DNA from: an uncultured bacterium
GTDB taxonomy: Bacteria; Zhuqueibacterota; QNDG01; DTFT01
DNA: 64,000 nt
Assembly (NCBI GenBank): GCA_963736115.1
Contig: CAVTNR010000028.1
Span: 1 to 64,000 of the forward strand
Direction of reading: 5' to 3'
Both the position numbers and the translations under genes were made by a program. Under the pieces are notes generated by a model that did no database searches, was not told where the DNA came from, and saw only the letters and a list, made by a program, of their open reading frames with translations. The stretch's first letter is position 1, and each line of letters starts with the position of its first letter. Shown piece by piece: positions 41,301 through 52,059 of this stretch.

Positions 41301-43048
41301 CGGAAGGCGTGACAACCAGAATGTCCGCACCGCGTCCGGGAATCCGGAGCGACACCGAGGGCATGTAGGTCACGGTATCCGGCGCCAGCTTTCCGGCCCG
41401 GGTCACGGCGAAGTATTCGACGGATTCGTTTACGACCCGATCCTGAAAAAAGAGAGTGTATCCTTCCCTTCCGAGAGAGTCAGCGGTCAGAAGTGTGCGG
41501 AATCCCGTGAGTTTTCCGGATCCGGATTTGTACAATTCAATGTCCGGGGTTTCGAATCCTTCGATGCGGAAAGGACAAAGAGTTCCCGCTGAAAGGAGGG
41601 GCGGCTTGAAACGGATATAGCGGCCGTCCGCCTTGTAAAGCCTCGGATAGGTCAGGTCGAACCAGTCAATGGACACAATGGAACGCTCGCCTTCCGATGA
41701 GCGGTTGACTGCGGTGAGGGTGTTCCTGCCGTCGATTAAATGGGATGGACTGAAATCTTCGCCGTGAACTATATACGGTGCATTGTCGCTCCAGGCGTCG
41801 GAAAGCATGAGTTTGTCATTGATCAGGAAATCGACCGGCTGAAGTTCCGAACCTGAGGTTTGGCCGTGAAATTTAAGTTCCATGGAAGCGGCCTGTGCCG
41901 CGTACAGATCCGGCTGTGGAATCGTGAAGGACAGGGTGTGGCTCTGGCCTCCACGCGGCGCATAGGTCATGACCCAGTATTCAGGGTCGTCGATTGTATC
42001 TGCGATGCTGTTGCCCAGACGGTTGAAAACCCAATCCTGTTCGATATGTTCCGTCCACGGAAACGATCTCGGAAAAGAAACACTGCCGTCCGTGGCCGGA
42101 ACCGAGACGTTCTGTTCCGCGTAACGGCTGCCGGGTCCGTCTTTGAGCACCAGCCAGACCACATTGTCCGTGGTGTACGGGTTGAGCCGCTTCTCTCCGG
42201 GTTTGGCTGTATCCCATTGTTGTTTTCCGAAAAATTCAACCGCATCCGGAAAATCGAATGATCCGTCCTCCTCGCCGATGACGCGGATGGGAATTTCCCC
42301 TTCCGGGCCGATGATAGAAAGCCGCCTGGGATCGATATCGGATACGTCCCATCCGGCCTTGACGACAAGGCTCCGGGGCACATGGTAAAAACCTTCCTGC
42401 GTGTACCGTATCTGAACGCAGGGCGGGTTATAGGGCAGGGGTTCGGGGAGACATCGGATTTCGACAGGAATGCGGCCTTTCCGGCCGGTTTTTTCCAATC
42501 GGATCCGAGAGGCGGGTGTTCGGATACACGGATATTCGGGGCCGTGACCCGGACCGTTATTCTCTCCGTCCATTTTCCGGAACCGGATCCCGAAGGTTCC
42601 GAATCCGGGTCCAGACGGATCGAGAAAATCCTGCGGCCGCTGCTGCGACCCAGGTCGGTCACCGCAATGGACGTGTTCTTCTCTCCGGCGGTATAAACCC
42701 GATCCGCAGCATCTTCCCGGTCAGGGCAATGTCGTCCGCCCAGACCAGCGGCTGCGGACCCGGGTCTGATGAAACCGAGCGGCTCTCCTCGATCACCTCA
42801 GGGGCGGATCCATCGCACGTGACGAAAACAGTGAGGGCGCGGCGCAAAGCGACACCCGGCCGGCCGGATCCATCCGGCAGGAAGGGCGCGGCGAACTGCG
42901 CGGTCACCCGCACCGCGTCCGTTCCGACCGGAAACGCGGACCAGGAGGCCTGGCCAGCGGATGCTGACCCGCCCGGTCCGACGGGCCCGAAGGCCGCGGC
43001 CAGCATGATCAGGGAAAGGATTCCGCCGGTACTCCGCATTTCAGGCAT
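38330..43048 (-). CDS. PorU-like C25 (gingipain-family) cysteine peptidase/sortase with CARDB and T9SS-type C-terminal domain, several apparent frameshifts
   Basis: Fragments join into signal peptide, propeptide-like region, C25 domain (FVLLVGDG, PDLAIGRLPV, INFRGHG, SLTCFTGDF, GAVAFFG, YNLIGDP), CARDB (LDPDRTLAESRTDNN), DTEPPRI and NHPNPF..KIYTVSGKLIR..WDG..ANGVY tail; lies immediately upstream of the porV-like gene. Confidence 0.8.
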
Positions 43049-43826
43049 CCGCTCCCTGACGTACGCCGGCCGTCAGAACGCGCATCAGATTCTCATAATC
43101 GGAGACTTTTTCCATGGCCTCATTCTCGAATACCGTGATGCTGCCGGTCTCCTCGGAAACGGCGATCACCAGTGCGTCCGATTCCTCCGACATCCCCATG
43201 GCGGCCCGGTGACGCGTACCCCACAGTTCTTCGGACCGGGGATTTTTACTGAGCGGCAGAATGCATTTGGCCGCTTCGATCAGGTCGTTCTGGATGACCA
43301 CCGCGCCGTCGTGCAGCGGAGAACGGGGGTTGAAAATAGAAACGATCAGGGAGGCGCTGACCAGGGCCTGCATCCGGACTCCGGTTTCGATGATGGAACG
43401 CATGCCGGCGTCCCGCCCCAGAACGACCAGTCCCCCGTAACCCCGCCTGGACAGCTCCAGGCAGGCCTTCGCCAGTTCCTCGGAAACCGGGCTTGTCTGC
43501 TCCCTGGCGATCATGCGCACCAGGCGGTTTTGCCCCATGATGGTCAAAATCCGCCTCAACTCCGGCTGAAAAATGATAATAAAGGCGACCAGCCAGACGG
43601 TGCTCAGGTTGCGGAAGATCCAGCTCAGTTCCTGCATGTTCAAGGATTGTGCCAGAAATGACGCGGCGAAGATGAGTACCAGTCCGACGAACATCTGGAC
43701 GGCCCGGGTTCTCCGCATCAGGAGGTAGAGATTGTAGAAAATGATGGATACCGCGATGACATCCAGGACGTCGATCAGGCTGACCTCCAGGAAGCCGATC
43801 CGGAACAGGGTCATCCAGTTGTCCAC
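43041..43826 (-). CDS. cdaA: Diadenylate cyclase
   Basis: Three TM helices, IIFQPELRR, PLHDGA, GTRHRAA, VSEETG. Confidence 0.95.
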   Translation of the reverse strand: MDNWMTLFRIGFLEVSLIDVLDVIAVSIIFYNLYLLMRRTRAVQMFVGLVLIFAASFLAQSLNMQELSWIFRNLSTVWLVAFIIIFQPELRRILTIMGQNRLVRMIAREQTSPVSEELAKACLELSRRGYGGLVVLGRDAGMRSIIETGVRMQALVSASLIVSIFNPRSPLHDGAVVIQNDLIEAAKCILPLSKNPRSEELWGTRHRAAMGMSEESDALVIAVSEETGSITVFENEAMEKVSDYENLMRVLTAGVRQGADA

Positions 43827-43830
43827 GGCG

Positions 43831-44748
43831 TCACTCCGAGAGGCGGATCCGGTCCGCGATTCGCACCACCTGCGTCATTTCAGCGACGTCATGAACGCGG
43901 ACCAGGCGGGCGCCCAGAAAAGAAGCCAGCGCGACAGCGGAAGCGGTGCCGTGAAGACGGCCGGCTTCGGCGATTCCCAGGGCGGCGCCGATGAAGGATT
44001 TCCGCGACGGACCGACGCACACCGGCCTTCCGAGGGCCGTGAACGCTTCCATCCGCCGGATCAGCCGGAAGCAGTCATCCGCGGATTTCCCGAATCCGAT
44101 GCCCGGGTCGAAAACCAGCCGGTCCGCGGAAAGGCCGGCCCGGACCGCCCGCTCCAGGGTTTCGGAAAAAAACCGCGTGATCTCGCCGATCAGGTCCGCG
44201 TAGTCCGTGTTTTTCTGCATGAATTCGGGGGATCCCCGTTTATGCATGACGATCACCGCAGCGTCATTGCCGGCCGCGACTTCGACCATGGCCGGATCGT
44301 CCGCCAGTCCGCCGACGTCATTGATCCAGTGCGCGCCGTTCCGGAGGGCTTCCTCCGCGACGCTTGCCCGGCGCGTATCCACGGATATCGGAAGGTCCAC
44401 GGTCGCGGCTACAGCCTTGATCACGGGCAGTATCCGGGCCTTCTCCTCCTCCTCCGAGACCGGCCGGCTGCCCGGCCGCGTCGATTCCCCCCCGATGTCG
44501 ATTCCATCCGCGCCCTGAGCGGCCATTTGCTCCGCGCGGCGCACCGCGGATTCCACGTCCGGATACCGTCCGCCGTCGAAGAAGGAATCGGGCGTGACAT
44601 TCAGAATGCCTAGAATATGCGTCCGCCTAGAAAGGGCGAGCACGCGGTTCCCGATCCGCAGATCGGGAACCGGCCCGGAGTTCGGGACGGCAGCCGTCCG
44701 CGGGTGTTCCGGCCGCGGCGGGACGTTCTCTGCGGACGGACGGCTCAT
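43831..44748 (-). CDS. folP: Dihydropteroate synthase
   Basis: [43 protein letters not shown]; start taken at ATG 44748. Confidence 0.95.
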   Translation of the reverse strand: MSRPSAENVPPRPEHPRTAAVPNSGPVPDLRIGNRVLALSRRTHILGILNVTPDSFFDGGRYPDVESAVRRAEQMAAQGADGIDIGGESTRPGSRPVSEEEEKARILPVIKAVAATVDLPISVDTRRASVAEEALRNGAHWINDVGGLADDPAMVEVAAGNDAAVIVMHKRGSPEFMQKNTDYADLIGEITRFFSETLERAVRAGLSADRLVFDPGIGFGKSADDCFRLIRRMEAFTALGRPVCVGPSRKSFIGAALGIAEAGRLHGTASAVALASFLGARLVRVHDVAEMTQVVRIADRIRLSE

Positions 44749-46720
44749 TCCGGTGCTGAACGCCCGGGCTTCTTCTGGGTGAAGCCGGCTTGGGCTTGGG
44801 CGCGGTTTTCCGTTTGCGGGTTGCAGGTAGGGACTTGCCCGCAAGGATGCGGTCGATTTCCCCGCCGTCCAGTATCTCTTTTTCCAGAAGCGCGGCCGCG
44901 AGCCGGTGCAGGAGCGCTTCATTTTCGTGGATCAGTTTTTCAGCGCGGTCTGAACCTTCCTGAACGATGCGTTTGACTTCCAGGTCGATTAAAACGGCGG
45001 TCTGCTCGCTGTGATCCCGGTGCCGGGCGATTTCGCGGCCGAGGAAAATCTCATCGGTTTTCTTTCCGAAAGTCACGGGTCCGATCTTCTCGCTCATGCC
45101 CCATTCGCAGACCATTTTCCGGGCGAGCTCCGTGGCGCGTTCGATGTCATTCCCGGCCCCGGTGCTCAACTCGCCTGTCACGAGCCTTTCCGCGATGCGT
45201 CCGGCCAGCAGATGGGTCATCAGCGTCTCGCAGTAACTCCTGCTGTAATTGTGCTTCTCGTCGATCGGCAGAAAGGAAGTGACGCCGAGGGCCCGGCCCC
45301 GGGGGATGATGGTGACCTTGTGCACCGGGTCGGATCCGGGGATCAGCTTGGACACCAGCACATGTCCGGATTCGTGATAGGCCGTGGCGCGCTTCTCCTC
45401 CTCCGAGATGACCAGACTTTTTCGCTCCACGCCCATCATGACCTTGTCCTTGGCCTCTTCAAGATCGGCCATCTCGACCTGTTTCTTATTCCGCCGCGCG
45501 GCCAGCAGCGCGGCCTCGTTGACCAGATTCGCCAGGTCCGCGCCCGAAAAACCCGGGGTGCCCTTGGCCAGCACCATGAGATCCACGTCGTCGGCCAGGG
45601 GGATTTTCCGGGTATGCACCTTGAGGATGCCCTCGCGTCCGCGGAAATCGGGCCGGTCCACCACCACCTGCCGGTCAAAACGGCCGGGCCGGAGCAGCGC
45701 CGTGTCCAGCACGTCCGGCCGGTTGGTTGCCGCGATGAGAATCACGCCCTCGTTGGTTTCGAATCCGTCCATTTCAACGAGCAGCTGATTCAGCGTCTGT
45801 TCCCGCTCGTCGTGACCGCCGCCCAGACCCGCGCCGCGGTGCCGTCCGACCGCATCGATTTCGTCGATAAAGATGATGCAGGGCGCGTTCCGCTTGCCCT
45901 GCTCGAACAGATCACGGACCCGCGAAGCGCCGACGCCCACGAACATTTCGACGAAATCAGCGCCGGAAATGCTGAAAAAGGGAACGCCCGCCTCTCCGGC
46001 CACGGCCTTGGCGAGCAGGGTCTTACCCGTGCCCGGAGGGCCGAGCAGGAGAACGCCCTTGGGGATGCGTCCGCCGAGGGTTTGGAACTTGTCGGGTTCC
46101 TTGAGGAACTCGATCACTTCCTGAAGCTCCTGTTTGGCTTCGTCCGCTCCGGCCACATCCTTGAACGTGATTTTGGGCTTGTTCTCGGTCAGCAGTTTGG
46201 CGCGGCTTTTCCCGAAGCTGAACAGACCTTTCGGCGCCCCGCTCTGGGTCCTCCGCCAGATGAACAGGAAATAGGACAGCAGCAGAATCCACGGCAGCAG
46301 GTTGAACAGAATGAATCCGAACCACTCCGTCGATTTCCCGCGCAACTCGTACCGGAGCCCGATCCGGTCCCATTCCTGAACCATGGCGCGGTCGACATCG
46401 AACGGAAGAACGGTCTTGAACCGTTTGTACCGGACGGTACGGCTGCCTTTGGTCAACGTCTCTTCGTACCGCAATTCGCCGTGGAACTCCCGGTCCTGAA
46501 TCAGGGCCTTCTCCACCGCGCCGGCCTGCAGAAGTCGCTGGCTTTCCGGATAAGCGATTTCCACTTCCCGGGATTTGCTCGGATTGAATAGGCGTCCGAA
46601 GTAAATGGCCAGAAAGACGAGGAAAATCCACATCAATCCGTTCCGCGCCAGGCGTTTCCAGGGCGGGTCCTGCGATTTATTCGGAGGTTGGGGCTGTTTC
46701 TCCATCGGATTCCATCTCAT
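44627..46720 (-). CDS. ftsH: ATP-dependent zinc metalloprotease FtsH
   Basis: Two TMs, [31 protein letters not shown] zinc motif. The true stop may be TGA 44745 if one base is missing near 44764. Confidence 0.97.
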   Translation of the reverse strand: MRWNPMEKQPQPPNKSQDPPWKRLARNGLMWIFLVFLAIYFGRLFNPSKSREVEIAYPESQRLLQAGAVEKALIQDREFHGELRYEETLTKGSRTVRYKRFKTVLPFDVDRAMVQEWDRIGLRYELRGKSTEWFGFILFNLLPWILLLSYFLFIWRRTQSGAPKGLFSFGKSRAKLLTENKPKITFKDVAGADEAKQELQEVIEFLKEPDKFQTLGGRIPKGVLLLGPPGTGKTLLAKAVAGEAGVPFFSISGADFVEMFVGVGASRVRDLFEQGKRNAPCIIFIDEIDAVGRHRGAGLGGGHDEREQTLNQLLVEMDGFETNEGVILIAATNRPDVLDTALLRPGRFDRQVVVDRPDFRGREGILKVHTRKIPLADDVDLMVLAKGTPGFSGADLANLVNEAALLAARRNKKQVEMADLEEAKDKVMMGVERKSLVISEEEKRATAYHESGHVLVSKLIPGSDPVHKVTIIPRGRALGVTSFLPIDEKHNYSRSYCETLMTHLLAGRIAERLVTGELSTGAGNDIERATELARKMVCEWGMSEKIGPVTFGKKTDEIFLGREIARHRDHSEQTAVLIDLEVKRIVQEGSDRAEKLIHENEALLHRLAAALLEKEILDGGEIDRILAGKSLPATRKRKTAPKPKPASPRRSPGVQHRNEPSVRRERPAAAGTPADGCRPELRAGSRSADREPRARPF

Positions 46721-48128
46721 GGGTTTTGGTTCGGGGATGCCGGGCCGCGGTCAGTTTCAGCCTTGAGGAATTGCCGGGTGCCGGGCGTAATCCTGACCCG
46801 GTCGTCCATCCTGAATCCGACGATCCAGATCGGCCCGTCGGCATCGGTCAGGATGGGAATTCTACTGCGAAGACAGTTGGGGATTTTTTCGTCAATAAAA
46901 AAACGCTTCACCTTTTTGGCGGCCGGCATGCCGAGTGGTGAAAACCGGTCGCCGGTCCTGTAATAGCGCAGACGAAGCGGCAGCCGGACCCTTTCCGCGT
47001 CGAAAAATTCGATGCGGGGATTCGCCTGCTTCAGCAGTCCGGGACCGACCGATTCCTCGTGATTGGACACCCGGACCCGGGTTCCGCCGTCCAAAGAAGC
47101 CCATTCGCCCGGTCGGATATCCATTGAACGGATTCCCGGGGCCGCGGTTCCGAGAAAAATCAGCTGATTCCCGCAGCGATGAACTCCGATGCCGTCGCGC
47201 AACAGCACCTTCCGGCCGCTTCGCGAGCGTTCCGCAAGGGATAGAACGCGTTCATAAGCGGCTGCATCCAGTTCGGCCGCTCCATCCGTCAGTTCCCGCA
47301 CAATCCTTGAAATGATGCCTTTACGGATGATGATAAAATAATGTAAAAACGGAAAAATATCAAGCCTTATTTCTCCCCAGGGTCCCGGCCGGGCGGCCTG
47401 GGAAAAAGCCCTTTCACTCTCATGTTCGATGAAATCCCAGGATTCCCCCGCGGATTCTCCGAATCGGCAGAGTGTGGACACAGCGCCCTTGCCGAACTGA
47501 CGTTTCAGGCCCGGGATGATTTTACGACGTACCCGGTTGCGGCGAAACCGCGTATCCAGGTTGGTTGCGTCTTCGCGGTAATCGAGCTTTTTTTCCGAAA
47601 CCTGTTTTTCAATGTCCTGGCGGCTTGCGAAGAGAAGCGGCCGGATCACTGTTCCATTCTGGGGCTGCATGCCTCGGGCTCCGCGGAGGCCCGCCCCTCG
47701 GAGCAGATTCAAAAGGATGGTTTCGGCCTGGTCGTCCGCATGATGTCCGACCGCGATCCTTTCGAAATTCAGCCGGTTGATCATTTCTCCGAGTATCCGG
47801 TATCTCAGGATTCTGGCGGATTCTTCCGTCGATTTCCTGTGACGTTCCGCAAATCCGGACACATCGGCTTTTTCACTGAAAAACGGGAGCCCCCTGGATT
47901 CGGCCATGGAACGGACGAAACGCTCGTCCTCATCCGCGCTTTCCCCCTCAGGCCGTGATTCACATGCGCCACGGCCAGGGTCAAATCCAGGTCCGGCCGC
48001 ACCCGGTTGAAACAGTCCAGGAGAACGACCGAGTCGATGCCTCCGGATACCGCGATCAGGATCTTTTCGCCCGGCAGGACAAGTCGGTGTGTCAGACAAT
48101 AGGATAGAAATCGGTCTGTGAATTCCAT
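46717..48128 (-). CDS. tilS: tRNA(Ile)-lysidine synthetase, one apparent frameshift near 47945
   Basis: [23 protein letters not shown] in one frame; [29 protein letters not shown] and the TilS C domain in another; joined by one extra base in the C run 47943-47947. Confidence 0.92.
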
Positions 48129-48137
48129 ATCCGTATG

Positions 48138-48172
48138 AAAAAAAATGACCTTGCCGGCTTCCGGAAGGTCAT
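48138..48172 (-). terminator. Intrinsic terminator after the tRNA, just upstream of tilS
   Basis: Minus strand ATGACCTT-CCGG-AAG-CCGG-C-AAGGTCAT followed by a T run. Confidence 0.75.
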
Positions 48173-48191
48173 TGAACCAGGGCTTTTGTTG

Positions 48192-48264
48192 TAGCGGTGC
48201 AGGGATTTGAACCCCGGACACGCGGATTATGATTCCGCTGCTCTGCCAACTGAGCTACACCGCC
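48192..48264 (-). tRNA. tRNA with CAT anticodon, most likely elongator tRNA-Met; CCA not encoded
   Basis: GGCGGTGTAGCTCAGTTGGCAGAGCAGCGGAATCATAATCCGCGTGTCCGGGGTTCAAATCCCTGCACCGCTA folds as a cloverleaf: anticodon stem GCGGA/TCCGC, loop ATCATAA, T loop TTCAAAT. Confidence 0.95.
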
Positions 48265-48287
48265 ATACTTAATATTTTCCGGAAGTT

Positions 48288-48316
48288 AATTTAATAAATC
48301 AAACAGCAAAAATCAA
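48288..48316 (-). promoter_or_regulatory. Sigma70-type promoter of the tRNA
   Basis: TTGATT-17 nt-TAAATT in AT-rich intergenic DNA. Confidence 0.6.
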
Positions 48317-48340
48317 GGGATTTCGCACCGTCCCGGCGGC

Positions 48341-50188
48341 TCAGGAAGCTTCTCCCTGAATATTGAATCCCCTCTGTTCCTGCTCAAAATAGGGTATGGT
48401 CTGACGTTTATTCACATCCCGGTGGAATTCCATCAGCAGTTCACGCACATTTTCGCTGGAATCCATGCTCATCGACTCCCCCACGAGTTCCTCGCATTCG
48501 GCGATGCGGACTGCCCGGACCCGCTCCTTGACTTCCATCAGCATGGAGGGGCTCATGCTGAGCTGACGCAGACCCAGCCCGATCAGGATTGCCGTGTACA
48601 TCGGGCTCCCGGCCATCTCGCCGCACAGAGACACGGATTTTCCGGCGTCGTTCGCGGCCTTGATGGTGCCCTGGAGCAGCCTCAATATGGCCGGATTCAG
48701 GGGCTGATAGAATTTGGCTACTTTTTCGTTGTTCCGGTCCACGGCCAGCGTGTATTGGATCAGATCATTGGTCCCGATGCTGAAGAAATCCGTGTACCGG
48801 ATCATCCGGTCCGCGAGTATGGCGGCGGACGGCACCTCGATCATGATGCCCGTGGGCGCGTTGTCATTGAAGGGACGGTTTTTTGCCCGTAGCTCTTCCT
48901 TGCATTCCTGCAGAACGGACCGGATTTCAAATAATTCCTCCAGGCTCGAAATCATCGGATACAGGATCCGGACGGGCCCGAAATGACTCGCCCGGAGGAT
49001 AGCCCGGAGCTGTTCCTTGAAAACATCCCGTTCCTGGAGCGAGATCCGGATGGAACGCCAGCCCAGGAATGGATTGATCTCCGCGGTGATGCCCTGAAAC
49101 GGGAGGAATTTGTCACCGCCCAGATCGAGCGTACGGATGGTGACCGTCCGTCCCTTCATGGCCTGGACGACGGTTTTGTATATCTGGAACTGTTCGTCCT
49201 CTGCCAGGAGTCTTCCGGCCGTCAGAAAGGGCAGTTCGGTCCGGAAAAGGCCGATTCCGCTGCTATGGTTGCGCACGGCCAGATGGACGTCGGGCATCAT
49301 GGAAACATTGGCCTGGAGGGATAGTTCAACGCCGTCCAGCGTACGGGAGGGCTGGTCCTTTTCCCGGGAGAGCCTGCGGATATAGGTTTTAAACTGAGAT
49401 TTGAGCCTGACGTAGCTGCGCAGGACATGCGGCGGAGGGTCTATGTAAACAATGCCCGTGTTCCCGTCCACGACGACCGTGCTTCCGTTGCGGATCTGGC
49501 ACATCAGTCTTTCGGTGCCCACGACGGCGGGAAGGTTCATCGACCGGGCGAGGATAGAAACATGGGACGTCTCGCCTCCGAGTTCCGTTGCGAATCCGAG
49601 CGTCTTTTTCCGGTCAAGCCGTGCGGTGTCCGAGGGCGTCAGATTGTGAGCTACGAGGATGACATTCTCATCCGCGGAAACGGATGCGTCCTCCGCCCTG
49701 AGCAGGATGCGCAGGAGCCGTACAGCCACATCCTGGATATCGTCCATCCGACTGCGAAAAAGCGCGTTGTTCATCTTCTGGAAGGAGGGCCGGATGCGGT
49801 CGACCCCCTCCTTCAGTAGAAACTCCGAATTGCGTTTTCTCGATCGGATGGCGGCCGGTATCTCCTCCTGGAAGAAGGGATCATTCAGGATGAGGATATG
49901 GGCCTCGAAGATCTGCGCCTCGGCCGGTCCCAGTTCCCGCCTGACGCGCTCGCTGCATTCCCTGAGTTGGACCGAAACGTCCTCGAGCGCCTTGCGGTAG
50001 CGGCTCAATTCCTCCGCGCTCCGGGGAACCGTCAGCACGGTTTCGGAGACTTCCTCCCAGGGACTTTTCAGTACCCAGGCCTTGCCGATGGCGATCCCCT
50101 CGGACACGGGTATGCCCCTCAGCAGACCCTGAAAAGCGCCGCTTTCGGATTCCGCGCAAGGCGTGGATGTGATCGAGGACGGGGACAA
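48341..50188 (-). CDS. ptsI: Phosphoenolpyruvate-protein phosphotransferase (PTS enzyme I)
   Basis: SEGIAIG, GGETSHVSILARS (phospho-His), IGLFRTE, IRTLDLGGDK, FFSIGTNDLIQY, CGEMA; no GAF domain. Start uncertain. Confidence 0.94.
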   Translation of the reverse strand: MSPSSITSTPCAESESGAFQGLLRGIPVSEGIAIGKAWVLKSPWEEVSETVLTVPRSAEELSRYRKALEDVSVQLRECSERVRRELGPAEAQIFEAHILILNDPFFQEEIPAAIRSRKRNSEFLLKEGVDRIRPSFQKMNNALFRSRMDDIQDVAVRLLRILLRAEDASVSADENVILVAHNLTPSDTARLDRKKTLGFATELGGETSHVSILARSMNLPAVVGTERLMCQIRNGSTVVVDGNTGIVYIDPPPHVLRSYVRLKSQFKTYIRRLSREKDQPSRTLDGVELSLQANVSMMPDVHLAVRNHSSGIGLFRTELPFLTAGRLLAEDEQFQIYKTVVQAMKGRTVTIRTLDLGGDKFLPFQGITAEINPFLGWRSIRISLQERDVFKEQLRAILRASHFGPVRILYPMISSLEELFEIRSVLQECKEELRAKNRPFNDNAPTGIMIEVPSAAILADRMIRYTDFFSIGTNDLIQYTLAVDRNNEKVAKFYQPLNPAILRLLQGTIKAANDAGKSVSLCGEMAGSPMYTAILIGLGLRQLSMSPSMLMEVKERVRAVRIAECEELVGESMSMDSSENVRELLMEFHRDVNKRQTIPYFEQEQRGFNIQGEAS

Positions 50189-50248
50189 ACAGGTTTCCTT
50201 TCTCTATCTGTCAGCGAGCGCATTCCCCCGCTTCGCGGGGAGCATCAT

Positions 50249-50731
50249 TTATTCCAGGAACCGCTTCAGCCGGTTCTTCAGGAGCGTTTTCTGGAGCGCC
50301 GAAGCGTGATCGATGATGAGAACGCCCCGGAGATGGTCGATCTCGTGCTGAACGGCCCTGGCGGACATCCCCTCCAGCGTCTGTTCGACGGTTTTTCCGT
50401 CCGCATCCAGCCCGCGGATATGGATGGAACCCGGTCTGTGCACATGCACATGAATATCCGGAAGGCTGAGGCATCCTTCCTCAATGGAGACTTCCTCGGA
50501 ATCGGACTCAACGATTTCAGGGTTGATCAGACTGAAGGGCCCGTCACCCACGTCGACCACGATCACCTGTCTGGAGTCCCCGATCTGCGGCGCCGCAAGA
50601 CCCACGCCCTCTTCCTGGTACATCACTTCCGTCATGTGCTCGACCAGGTGGCGGATTTCCGAGTTCATGCGCTCGACCGGAGCGGCTTTCAGGCGAAGCA
50701 CGCGTGCGGGATAGATTTCGATCGGATTCAC
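50249..50731 (-). CDS. def: Peptide deformylase
   Basis: GVGLAAPQIG, EGCLSLP, QHEIDHL; GTG 50731 overlaps the thiC stop. Confidence 0.95.
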   Translation of the reverse strand: MNPIEIYPARVLRLKAAPVERMNSEIRHLVEHMTEVMYQEEGVGLAAPQIGDSRQVIVVDVGDGPFSLINPEIVESDSEEVSIEEGCLSLPDIHVHVHRPGSIHIRGLDADGKTVEQTLEGMSARAVQHEIDHLRGVLIIDHASALQKTLLKNRLKRFLE

Positions 50732-52059
50732 GGTCCGGATCCCTCTGTTGGAAATCCCTCCGGGCCGGCAGAACCGGACGGGTCGCGCATCAGGCGGATC
50801 GCGCAATACGAGCCGCACATCGTGCAGACCTCCTCCTGCTCCGGGAGCGAGGATTGACGGAGCGTCCGCGGACGCTCCGGGTCTATGGCCAGGCGGTACT
50901 GGGATTCCCAGTCCAGCCGCCTCCGTGCCTCGGACATGGCCCGGTCGCGTTCGAGCGCGCCGGGAACCCCTTTGACGATATCCGCGGCATGTCCGGCAAT
51001 CCGGGCCGCAATGACGCCCTGACGGACATCCTCCTCGTCCGGCAGGCGCAGATGCTCCCCGGGAGTGACATAGCACAGAAAATCAGCGCCCGCGGCAGCG
51101 GCAACAGCGCCGCCGATCGCCGCCGTGATGTGGTCATACCCGGGCGCCGCGTCGGTCACGAGCGGGCCGAGCACGTAGAAAGGCGCGTTCTCACAGATGC
51201 TTTTCTGAAGCCGGATATTGGTTTCGATCTGGTTCAGCGGCACATGGCCGGGCCCCTCGATCATGACCTGAACACCGCGGTCCCAGGCACGGCGCGTCAG
51301 CTCACCAAGCAGAATCAATTCCTCGATCTGGGCGCGGTCGGTCGCATCCAGGATGGACCCCGGCCGAAGACCGTCTCCGAGACTCAAAGTGACGTCATGG
51401 GCGGCCGCGATGTCGAGGAGCCGGTCGTACTTTTCGTACAGCGGATTTTCCTCGCGATGCGCGGCCATCCAGGAGGCAAGAAAGGATCCTCCGCGGCTGA
51501 CAATATGCATGACCCTTCCCTGACGGGTCAGGCGTTCCAGACTCCGGCGGGTGACCCCGCAATGCACGGTGAAAAAATCAACCCCCTGTTCCGCCTGGCG
51601 CTCCAGCACGGAAAAAAGCCCCTCAACCGTCATGTCCGAAATGCTGCCCCCGCCACGGCAGGCTTCCACAGCCGCCTCGTAAATCGGAACCGTGCCCAGT
51701 GCGACCGGAGCGGCCTCCATCAATGCCATGCGTATTTCCCGGAGGTCTCCGCTCGTGGACAGATCCATGAGCGCATCCGCGCCCGCGTCGACTGCGATCC
51801 TGGCCTTGGCGATTTCCCGAGCGACGTCGGGCGAGTCCGGAGACGTGCCCACGTTGGCATTGACCTTTGTCCTGAGCTTCCTGCCGACTCCCAGGGGCCG
51901 TCCGTTCCGGCGGCCCGGATTCTTCAGGATGACTGTTTCTCCGCGGCGTACGTGTTCGAGAAGCTCCTTTTCCGGGATGCTCTCTTCCGCTGCGATAGAA
52001 GCCATTTCATCCGTGATCCGGCCCGATAGAGCCGCTTCGCGCTGCGTCATAAACGGCAC
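50728..52059 (-). CDS. thiC: Phosphomethylpyrimidine synthase (short ThiC type)
   Basis: KVNANVGTS, GTVPIYE, TVHCG, SLGDGLRPG, EGPGHVP, GYDHIT, CYVTP.EHL, CTMCGSYC. Confidence 0.88.
   Translation of the reverse strand: MPFMTQREAALSGRITDEMASIAAEESIPEKELLEHVRRGETVILKNPGRRNGRPLGVGRKLRTKVNANVGTSPDSPDVAREIAKARIAVDAGADALMDLSTSGDLREIRMALMEAAPVALGTVPIYEAAVEACRGGGSISDMTVEGLFSVLERQAEQGVDFFTVHCGVTRRSLERLTRQGRVMHIVSRGGSFLASWMAAHREENPLYEKYDRLLDIAAAHDVTLSLGDGLRPGSILDATDRAQIEELILLGELTRRAWDRGVQVMIEGPGHVPLNQIETNIRLQKSICENAPFYVLGPLVTDAAPGYDHITAAIGGAVAAAAGADFLCYVTPGEHLRLPDEEDVRQGVIAARIAGHAADIVKGVPGALERDRAMSEARRRLDWESQYRLAIDPERPRTLRQSSLPEQEEVCTMCGSYCAIRLMRDPSGSAGPEGFPTEGSGP

Noticed and set aside
47930-47960. 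Programmed ribosomal frameshift in tilS
   Set aside because: Similar homopolymer indels occur in unrelated genes; sequencing error is the simpler explanation.
48192-48264. tRNA as an integration site of a genomic island
   Set aside because: Flanked by housekeeping genes, with no duplicated 3' end or integrase seen.
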